Below, piece by piece: positions 18,110 through 30,100 of a stretch of 64,000 nucleotides of DNA. A program made the position numbers and the translations under genes. The notes beneath the pieces are model-generated. The model ran no database searches and was not told the origin of the DNA. It saw only the letters and a list, made by a program, of their open reading frames with translations. The stretch comes from a virus. Position 1 is the stretch's first letter. Every line of letters begins with the position of its first letter. The DNA is taken from the IMG/VR virus record IMGVR_UViG_3300032246_000381, positions 8,446 to 72,445 of that record. One strand, written 5' to 3'.

Positions 18110-21100
18110 ATGGCAAAATCAATCTACCCACAAAGCCAATTACCAATAAGAAGAACAGTTGAATTACTGCCATCGATATTCCGTACCGGCGCAAATTCGA
18201 AATTTATGTCGGCGGTTGTTGACCCCTTAGTTCAGCCCGGCGTACTGCAAAAAACTGTTGGATATATCGGTCGTAGGTATGGAAAGACCTATCAAGGAAA
18301 AGACGTTTATCTTGACAATGATAATACTTTAAGAAGCAGATACCAGCTTGAACCAGGTGTTACCTATAAAATAAATGGTAAGATAACAAATTTCTATGAT
18401 TACATTGATTTTAAAAATCAATTGAAATTCTTTGGCAACGACGATGATCGTGATGATGCAATAACTAGCCAACAACACTATTCTTGGAATCCCCCAATTG
18501 ACTGGGACAAGTACGTTAACTTCCGCGAATATTATTGGGAACCAGATGGTCCACCACCGGTTACAATATTAGGACAAGCCGGTAAAATTACCAGTAGTTA
18601 TAAAGTACGATTAGGTCTTGGATCATTTATTTTTACTCCTGACGGTGCGACTAATAACCCTCAACTATTTTTGTTTAGAGGGCAGACATATAAATTTAAT
18701 GTTAATGTGCCAAACAGCGGACTTGTAATTAGAACAAAGTACGATACTGGATCATTAAGATACAATCCAAATCTTGGATATGAAATCGGCGCAGTAGTAT
18801 TGTTTGACGAAAAACTGTGGAGAGCTAAATCTCAAATTCCTCCAGGCGATGGTAGTACTATTGATATTGACACTGCTGACTGGCAGCTAATCAGTGTTGC
18901 TGATCATACTACAGTTTTAGATTTTAACGAAGGTGTTACAAATAATGGTATCGAAAACGGAACAATAACATTCAAAGTTCCTTTCGATGCACCGGATGTT
19001 TTATTCTATCAGAGTAAAACCGATCCAGACAAGTTTGGACAATTTGTAATTTCTAACATCGATGAAAACACGCAGCTAGATATCGATAAAGATATCATTG
19101 GCAAATCATCTTATGTCAGCAGCAACGGCGTTACACTTACTAACGGTCTAATTGTTGAGTTTGGAGGTAAGGTTACTCCTAGCCAGTATGCTTCTTCTAA
19201 CTGGTTAGTCGAAGGTGTAGGGAACGCAATTACGCTAACTCTGTTTTCAGATTTAATTGTCCCGGTTCTTACTAAAGATGTACCTGAGGTATTGTTTGAT
19301 AACGAAGGATTTGATACACAGCCTTTTGATGATGCAACGGCATATCCTTCACAGTTAGATTACATCACAATCACTCGAAACAGCAAAGATTCAAATCCTT
19401 GGTCACGCTATAATCGTTGGTTTCACAGAAGCGTATTAGATTATGCACACGGTCTAAGAGGGGTAAACTATTCTGCTCCTGAAGATGCTAGAGCAAAACG
19501 ACCAATTATTGAATTTAATCCTAATATTCAATTGTTTAATCACGGTGCAGTTTCTAAAAAAGTTGTTGACTATATTGATAACTTTACAACTGATATATTT
19601 TCAAAGATTGAAGGTAGTACTGGATACAACATTGATGGTGAGTTTCTATTTGAAGGTGCTCGAATATTAGTTGTTGCAGATACTGATTCGTTAGCAAATA
19701 ATAGAATTTATAAAGTAAATTTTATTAAATTTAACAACAATGTACAAATTAATCTTAAGTTAGAAAAAGACGGAGAATCACTAACCGACGAGTGTGTATT
19801 AGTGAGACGTGGTACAACCAATGCTGGGCTGATGTATCACTTTAACGGTGATACTTGGCAACTGAGTCAACTAAAAACTAAAGTAAATCAACCTCCGTTA
19901 TTTGATGCCTACGATAGTAATGGGATTAGCTTTGCTGACTTGTCAGTATATCCGGTTAGTTCTTTCTTGGGTACTACACTATTTGAGTATAATCAAGGCA
20001 CTAGCGGAGTAAATGATTCACAACTAGGATTTCCACTAACCTACTTGAACATTGATAATCTAGGCGATATAAAATTTAATTGGACTTGGGATTCTGATGT
20101 TTTCTATTACACTTCCAATACTAATATTACAGAATCAAAATTAATTTCTACAGGTTATTATAAAGAAAATGCAGAATATAAAAACGGATGGATATCAACC
20201 AATCTTGAATACATACAACCATTAATTGACAGTGTCCTAATATCCACACCTACTAATGTTGTAAAATTAACAACATTGGATTGGGAAGCTGTTACTGACA
20301 GCAGTATGTTGGTAATCAATTTTTATCTCAACGGCACCAAGATAACTGATAATCCTTGGACTAGAGAACGCGGCATTTTTACATTTACAACGCCGTTTGC
20401 AGAAACAGATATACTTTCTGTTAAAATAATTACAGACGTTAATCACGTGACCGGTTACTTCGAAATTCCATCTGGATTAGAAAAGAATCCGTTGAATCAA
20501 AAACTAACATCATTTACATTTGGACAAGCGATTGACCACGTTGTTTCAGCACTAGAATTTGATGAAAGATTTCAAGGAACTGTTCCTGGTAAATCAAACC
20601 TAAGAGACTTAGTCGACTATCAAAATAATGCTAAACGTTTCTTAAAGCATTCCGGTTCAGCTCCATTGGCATTGGCATTATTGTGCGATAAAGAAAATAA
20701 TATTATTAAATCTTTACAGTATGCAAAACAGCAGTATACTGAATTTAAAAATAATTTTCTAGCTAGATCTGTAGAACTTGAATATACAAACTCTATTCCT
20801 GATTTTGTTGATAATATTATACAAAGCCTAACCAGTACCAAAACTGTTGCATCACCGTTTGCTGATTCTGATATGATAGGCAGTGGAGCATATTCTACTG
20901 TAACATATACTGTTGAAGATACTGGAATTAAAACATTTGCATTGAAGCAATCATTTAGTCTTGAGCAACTAAGTCGTAATGCAGTTTACGTATACGTTAA
21001 TGATCAACAATTATTAGTTAACAGCCAATACGAATTTAATGCTACATTTGGATTCGTAACTCTCAAAGTAGATCTAGTCGAAGGCGACTATATTGAGATA

Positions 21101-24100
21101 CGAGAGTATATTTCTACATCACATTGTTTCATTCCGGCCACTCCAACCAAATTAGGATTATACAAAAAATATACTCCTATGATCTTTGTAGATGATACCT
21201 ACAGAGAACCAAAAACAGTAATTCAAGGACACGATGGTAGCCTTACCGTTGCCTACGGTGATTACAGAGATCAATTGTTATTAGAATTAGAATTTAGAAT
21301 CTATAATAATATTAAACAACAATACGATACATCAATATTTGACATTGATGCAATTCTCGGTGGGTATTATGGAAATGCTCTATATAACAAGGATCATCTA
21401 GATCCAATTGTAGAACAAGAGTTTTTACAATGGATTAAAAATACAAATATTGATTATACTAATAATTCTTATTTTATTGATACTGAACCTTTTACCTACA
21501 CCTATAGTAATATGACCGATCCCGAAAGCAAGGTTAACTTGCCGGGCTATTGGAGAGGAGTATACAAATGGGCGTTTGATACAGATCGACCACATCGCTG
21601 CCCTTGGGAAATGCTAGGCTTCAGTGAAAAACCAACCTGGTGGGATATGCAGTACGGTACCGCACCGTATACTAGCGGTAACCTATTGCTCTGGGAAGAT
21701 CTGCGTGACGGAATTATTCGCCACGGTGATCGTGCGGGAACATATGATCGATACAAACGTCCAGGATTGCTTGATTATATTCCTGTAGATATCGAGGGTC
21801 GATTGGTTAATCCATTGGATTCTGGTTTTGCCGGAAACTTTATATTGATTAATAATCGTGGTCCATTTAAACTAGGTGATATCGGACCTGTTGAATATGC
21901 TTGGAGATCAAGCTCGGAGTATCCTTTTGCAGTAGCAATCGCATTATGTTTGTTAAAACCTTTTGAGTTTATCACTGATAGCTTTGACAGGTCTAGAATT
22001 AAAATTAATCAGATAGGTCAAACAGTTAGCAAGGATACAGATTTATTTTTAACATTGTCTGATTTGACAATTCCGTATCCTGGTGTTGACCTATCATCGG
22101 GACTTGTGTGCTATCTTGTAAATTATACACAGTCAAAGGGAAAATCTCTAGATAGTCTATCCGCAAAAATACAAAGTATTGATGTAAATCTTGCAACACG
22201 ACTTAGCGGATTTGTTGATAAAGCTCAGCAGAAATATCTGTTAGACAGCAAGAGTCCAAAATCAGTATCTAGCAGTATATATGTTCCTGCAGAAAATTAC
22301 GATATTGTATTCAACGTTAGTGCGCCAATCTCTACATTATCTTATAGTGGTGTAATTGTTGAAAAGAATGATATCGGATGGCACGTTACCGGATATGATG
22401 ACATTCATCCTTTCTTCTATTATTACGAAGCGCAGGCAAGCCAAGGAGATCCATTGCTGTCTATCGGCGGCATTAGCGAAAAATTTATTGATTGGCAACC
22501 TGGAAAAGAATTTACCAACGGAATCATCGTAAAAAACAACAATGATTTTTATCGTGCATTAAGCACTCATACTGATGCAGATGACGGTGCATTATTAGAT
22601 AAAACTGTTTGGAAAAAATTAGCAAAATTACCTCTAATTGGATCAGTCGATGCTTACAAGAGAAGAAAGTTCAATACATTTGAAGTTAGTAAAATTGGTT
22701 ACGGAACAAGCTTCACTACAATACAGGAAGTTGTAGATTTCCTACTAGGTTATGAAGCATACCTACAGGGCCAAGGATTTGTGTTTACAAACTATGATCC
22801 GGTAAATCAAGTGTCACAAGACTGGACTACTAGCTGTAAAGAATTTATGTTCTGGACAAGACATAATTGGGCTGTTGGTTCGCTGATAACTCTAAGTCCA
22901 GCAGCTACTAAGATTAACATTGTAAGAACTGTGGGAGTTGCTGATAGTTTATTAGACGGCTTCTATGACTACCAGTTGCTTAAGAGTGATGGTAAACCGT
23001 TACAACCTCAGTTTATTAATGTTGATAGAACATTCCAAGAAGTAACTGTAGAAACAACTAACACAACAGAAGGAATTTATTTCTTAAGATTATACTATGT
23101 TCTTAAAGAACACGTTGCTATCTTTGATGATCGTACAGTGTTTAACGATGTTATCTACGATAAGTCTACAGGATATAGACAACAACGAATTAAATCTCAA
23201 GGATTTAGAACAACAGACTGGTACGGTGATTACACCAGTCCTGGATTCTTATTCGACAACGTAGACATTGATCTTTGGGAACCGTTTAATGATTATAAAT
23301 TAGGCGATATTGTAGCCTACAAATCTTATTATTGGACCAGCCTGGCAAATCAACAGGGCCAAGAAACCTTTGATTATACCTATTGGTCAAAACTAGACAG
23401 TGTTCCTGAAAAACAATTAATATCAAATTTTGATTATAAAATTAATCAGTTTGATGATTATCTTAATGTAGCATCTGAGGGCATAGGCAATACACAGCGA
23501 GAATTAGCTCGTCATACTATCGGTTATCAGGAAAGATCTTATCTTCAAGAACTTGCAGAAGATCCAGTAACACAGTTCCAATTGTATCAGGGCTTCATTC
23601 GAGAAAAAGGTACAAAAAATGCTATTTCAAAGGTGTTTGATAAACTAAGTCGTTACAACGGAAACAGTATTGAACTACGTGAAGAGTGGGCATTCCGTGT
23701 TGGCCAATTTGGCGGAACTGATCAGTTACGAGAAATTGAAATTGAGCTTCAAAAGAACAATGTTAAAATTGATCCGCAACCGATCATCGCATCGATTGCT
23801 GCATCGGATAACGTAACCAGCGACAAATATTATAGAGTTGCAAAATCTGATTTCACAATCTCTCCACTTCCGTATGTTACAGATATCCATCCAGTGACTT
23901 CTGAAGAAATGCCTAGTCAGGTTGCTGGCTATGTGAAAACTGATCAGATAGATTTTGCAGTTTCAACAATTGATGATATTTTAAAACTTGACATTGCATC
24001 GGTATTAGAAAATAATCATATTTGGATTACATTCAATGTACCAGACTGGACAATTTGGAGATTAAACCAATCGCCGATTTATGTGATAACCGGCGTGTCA

Positions 24101-27100
24101 AAAACATCAACTACTGTAACGGTTACATTGAATAGAGCACATAATTTAACAGTTGATACGATTGTTGGGATACGTGATGTTTTCAATCTTATTGGATTTT
24201 ATAAAATTATCGCAGTTACTAATACAACATTTAATGTAACAGTATCAGCCTCTGCACAAACACCTGTTCTAGATCAAAGCACAATTTCGTCATTGCATTT
24301 GTTTACACCAGTTCGTTATGCAGACTATGGAAAATTAGATCCAGAAGCTATTGCACTATTACCAGCAGGATCGAAGCTATGGATCGATGATAGTGGCGCC
24401 GGCGAGTGGGAAGTAATTAAGAAAAATAAACAATATAAATCTTCAAGTATTACAGCCTATGGTCTTACTTCACCGATCCGCACCGGTGCAAAAGTTCTTT
24501 ACAACGATGCATTAAAACAAGTCGTTACAGGTATTCCGGGATCGGGATACGTAGTTGCCTACATAGAAGTATCAACTAGTACGCCCGGTGAGACAGCATT
24601 GAGCACTAAGCAGATTATCGCACCAGCAAGCGAATTCCTAACAGCGTCGATTGGATCTTTTGGTTCGGCTATTGCTATAAGTCCAGATAATAAATGGATG
24701 GTAGTAGGTGCCCCGTTGGCTAGTGATATTCCTAGCAACTTTATGGGTCCTTTCGATCCAATGGCAACGTATTTTCCAGACGAAGTAGTTTTATATAATG
24801 GTAAATTATGGAAAGCTAAAACTGATATTAATGCCGACGGAAGCACTAATGCAGCCTATGATCCAGATAACTGGGTGCTGGCTGAAATCATCGAAGCCTC
24901 GGCAAGCTATAGAGGTAAAGGATTCTACCAACAAGGTATGATATCTATCTATGAGTGGACTAATCAACAGTGGGAAATTGCAGGAACATTTGCAAGCCCA
25001 AGACCAGCTATTGGTGAGCAGTTTGGTTCAAATATTTCCATCGGGTCAGACGGATCAACATACTTCTTATCTGTTTCAGCAGTAGGCTCGTTAGATGGCA
25101 CCGGCAGAGTTTATCTGTATAAAGGAGTAGAAACATCGGTAGTTTCTCCAGGCGGATATACATCGTCAATAACTACTTGGAAACATCACGATACACAATT
25201 ATCATTACCTCAACGACTGGCATTAGTTGACGACGGGTCCACTCTTGTTCCAACCCCAGTTCCAGGACAGTTGGTTGAGATGTTGAAAGAAAATGATCAA
25301 TTTGGTTACAGTGTTTCAATGAATCAAACAGGATCAATCCTAGCAGTAGGAGCTCCTAACAGTGACAGTCAGTTCTTTGTAAATTACAAAGGTATCTGGA
25401 GACCATCTATTACCTATGTAGGTGGCGATGTTGTACAGCGTGACACATTGTACTACAGTCTAGGCTCAACTGTAATATCAAATACCAATGATGATCCTTC
25501 TAATTCAGCAGTCTGGGCATCTGTTGGCGATAGTACTCTACGCCGCTCGGGAAAGGTGTTTATCTATCACAGAAATATTTCCAATGAATTTGAATTAATG
25601 CAGACTATTGATGCAGCAACGCTGTCGTCGATCAGTGATATCAGCGATTCAACTGAAACCATTGATTCTGGAGATAAGTTTGGATTTGCTATCGCACTTG
25701 ACTATTCGGGTAGAACAATGGTAGTAACTAGCCCAATGGCTGATTTAAATCTTGAATATAGAGGATCTGCCTATGTACTACAAACAGAGTCAGTATCAAC
25801 TCCAAGATTCAGATTAAAACAAAAATTAAAGAACTTTGAAAGTTATTACGACGAATATTTTGGCCAGAGCGTTGCAATCACAGCCAATAGCGAAACGATT
25901 GTTGTAGGTGCAAAAAATTCTCCAGGTAACACTACGGGTGATGCAGGAGCAGTCTATGTATTTGAAAGAAAAACAATACCTCTAAAAGATCGTTACGATC
26001 TTACTATAGGCGGAGCAGATTATTATTTCCTTGCTGAAAAATTAACTGCAACACTATCACCGTTTGAATCTTTCGGCGCAAGCGTTGATTGCCAAGGTGC
26101 TGCTATTGTAGTCGGTTCTCCGGATTACTATTCAACTGCTGGAGCTAATACTGGTAATGTTAGATTATTCAAGAAAGACCCAACAGTTAACTCTTGGGAA
26201 AAAGTAACATATCAATTACCGGTAGTTGATATTGAAAAGATCAAGAGCATTGCATTATACGACAATGTTCGTGACTTAAAAATACAGGATTTAGATATTG
26301 TAGATCCAGCTAAACTTAAAATTTTAAACGAAGCTGAACAAGAAATTACATTTAAAACACCATTTGATCCTGCGATATATTCTATAGGTACAGATGCACA
26401 GATAGTTATTCCAACACAGGAATGGGATAAACCATTTGTAGGAAAAATATGGTGGAATATATCTACTGCTAAATGGCTGTACTACGAGCAAGGTGATATT
26501 TCTTATAAGATCGGAAACTGGGGAGTACTAGCACCTGGCGCCAGCATCGACATATATGAGTGGGTTGAAACTCCGTTGCTTCCGTCAGAATGGGCCGCCG
26601 TTGCAGATACCAACGATGGAGTTGCTAACGGAATATCCGGCCAACCATTGTATCCAAACAACGATGTTTATTCGCTAAAAGTATTGTACAATCCAACAAC
26701 AGGGTTAGCCACTAACACATTATATTATTACTGGGTTAAAAATAAGACTGTTACGCCTACAGGCCTAGCAGGAAGAAAAATTCCTGCTTCGACAATAGCT
26801 TCGTATATTTCTAATCCAGCCGGCGCTGGCACAGCATTTGTATCTGTTATTAGCTCTGATTCGATGTTGGTTTATAATTTAAGATCAGTTATGTCTTCGG
26901 ACACTGCGTTATTAAACATACAGTACCATAAAGATAATAAATCTTTGAATGCAATACACAACGAATATCAGTTATTAGTTGAAGGCGATCCAGAAGGCGT
27001 TCCGGCAAAAGCACTAGAGGAAAAATGGCTTGACAGCCTAGTAGGATATGATGCTGTTGGTAATCGTGTACCTGATCCTGGGTTACCAGCGAAACAGAGA

Positions 27101-30100
27101 TACGGTGTTTCTTTTAGACCGCGTCAGGGTATGTTTGTCGATCGAGCAGCAGCATTAAAAATTGTTATACAGAATGTCAATCATTTCTTACTACAGCTTC
27201 CATTCGTTGATGTTGCAGATTTTACATATCTAAATTTAATAGATCCTATTCCAAATAATTTATATAATTTGTATGATCTTTCAATAGACACTGTTGATCA
27301 GCTTTCAACTGTAGGTACGGTTAGAGTGAAACCAGCTATTCTTTCTGTAAATCTAGTCAACGGTGAAGTAGATACTATTGATATAATAGCACAGGGATTT
27401 GGTTACAAAGTTACTCCTCCAATTGTAATTGACGGTGACGGTATAGGTGCAACAGCTGAGTGTACTATTGATAATCAAGGTAAAGTTATCGCAGTAAAAG
27501 TACTGACTAGGGGAAAGAAATATTCAGTAGCTAACGGTATCGTACGTAAGTTTTCTGTGTTAGTAGTTTCTGATAGCACTGCTAATGGCAACTGGGAAAT
27601 TTATTCCTGGGATACTGATAAACAGACATTCTATAGAAGTAAATCTCAAGCATATGATACAACCAAGTATTGGTCTCTAGTTGATTGGTGGGCTACAAAA
27701 TATGAAGTAGGCGATCTTGTGCCTATTCCATTATACAGCGACTCGTCTAGAATCGTTAAAGAAATACAAGATATCTCTTTAGAACCGACTATCTATACAC
27801 AGATTGGTGATTTAATTAGAATTAAAGAATATGCATCTGGCGGCTGGGCCGTATTTTTAAAAATTGCTGAAGGTGGATCTTTCTCTGAAAATTATCAACA
27901 GGTAGGACGTAAAGAAGGAACATTACAAATAAGCCAAGAGTTCTATAGAGCTGCGTTGGCCGGCACAGGTTACGATAACAATCGTGCTTACGATACTAAT
28001 TTATATGATGTAGAAAATGCTAAAGAATTAAGAAATATTTTAAAAGCAGTGAAAGATAATGCCGCTAATCTAGGCTACGGCGAGCTATGGAGTAATCTAT
28101 TCTTTATCAGTATAAGACACGTTCTATCAGAACAAAAGTATGTTGATTGGTTCTTTAAGACTAGCTTCTTAAAAGCTATTCACAATGTTGGATCGTTTGA
28201 AGAACGCTTAAATTATAAAAACGATAATCTAGCCAGCTTTCAAGCATACGTCGATGAAGTTAAACCATATCGTACAACTATCCGTGAATATGTTAGCCGA
28301 TATGACACTATAGAGCCATTTGGAGGAGCAACATCAGACTTCGATATTCCGCCAGCATATTCTCCAACAGAAGGTCGTATCAATGCTCTGTCGTTAACAG
28401 ACGAAAGATTAAATTCTTATCCTTGGAAATGGTGGACTGATAATCATAAATTCTCTATCGTCGATATACAAATATCATATGCAGGTACTGAATATACAGC
28501 ACCGCCAACTGTGGTAATCGATGGCGATGGCACAGGTGCAACTGCAAAAGCATATATTTCTAACGGCGAAGTATCTGGAATACAGATACTAACAGGCGGT
28601 GAAAACTATACAACAGCCACAGTTACACTTGTCGGGGGTAACGGCAACAGCTTGGATAGAGCTAAAGCAGTGGCTATTTTAGGAGATACTAAATCTAGAA
28701 CATTTGGTATCACATTGAAATTTGATAGAATTTCAAAAGAAGGAATCTATCAAGAATTTTTACAACAACAGACATTTATAGCGCCAGGTGATTCTGCAGT
28801 ATTTGAATTAAGCTATGCACCTACTAGCGATAAGAACAAAATTAAATTGTTTAGAAATGGCCAAGTAGTTTATAAAGATGAATATTCTATCAGTTTATAT
28901 AAATCAAATACTGATTTGTACTCCTTGTTAAAAGGTAAAATCATATTCAAGCAAGTGCCTGCAGAAAACGATACGATATTAGTTATCTATGATAAAAATG
29001 ATCAACTGTTAGACAGTGTTAATAGAATACAGAAATATTATCTAACAAATTCTGATAACAGTGTTGCTGGGCTAGCCGGCAAAGAACTTTCACAGTTAAT
29101 GACTGGATTTGATTTTGGTGGTGTACAGGTTCAAGGAACTACTTTTGAAGTAACTGGTGGTTGGGACGCTCTTCCTTGGTTTACGGATGGTTGGGATAGC
29201 GTTGAGTCATCTCAGGACATATACTATGTCTGTGATGGTAGTACCGCACAGTATACTTTTGCGGTTGCTCCTCCTGCAGGAGATGTAATTAACATTTATA
29301 TTAAGCGCAAGGGTACAACAGATGCAGTAAGAATCGACGACCCGATGTTTACTCCAATGTGGGATTCGTCAATGGCGACAAATCCAAATGCAGAACTACC
29401 TACATTTGTTGGCGACGGCTCAACTAGAGTTATTGAACTTGGTCAGTATATTAGTACAGAAGCAGACGATATATTGATTTTTAGAACGCTTGACAGCGAT
29501 GGTTCGGTATCTATTAACGATCCTAACATTCTAGACACCAAGTTATCAGGCGGCACACTAGCATCAATGGCAGGTGCATACAGCACTGCTTCGGGTATTG
29601 CTGCAGAGGATATCGTGATCGAAGGCGGAGAATTTGTTAGCCCAGATCAAGTTCCTGCAACCGAAGAAAATGTTCCAGGGCAGGTATTAGATAGCCTAAG
29701 CATCAAAGTATTCCAAAGTTCTATTGATGGAGTCGCGCCAATTAATTCCAGAACTTTAATTAGCGATGGCACAACAAGAAATTATGACATTGGTATTAAG
29801 GTATTAGAATTTACATCAGTATTGGTATACAAAAATAAAACACGTATGCTGTTAGGTACAGATTATGATTTGTATCTTAAAACACAGAAATTAACATTTA
29901 CAAATACTCCATTAGCCGGTGATGTTATTGAAATTATTGCATTGGGAATTGGCGGCCATTCGTTATTAGATTATCAAGAATTTGTTGCAGACGGCGACAC
30001 TAGTTTATTTTTATCAAATGCTAATTTCTTAGATACATCGTCTGTATTTGTTACAGTTAATGGCGTATATCAAGATATTGGATTTATAGATAGTACCGGT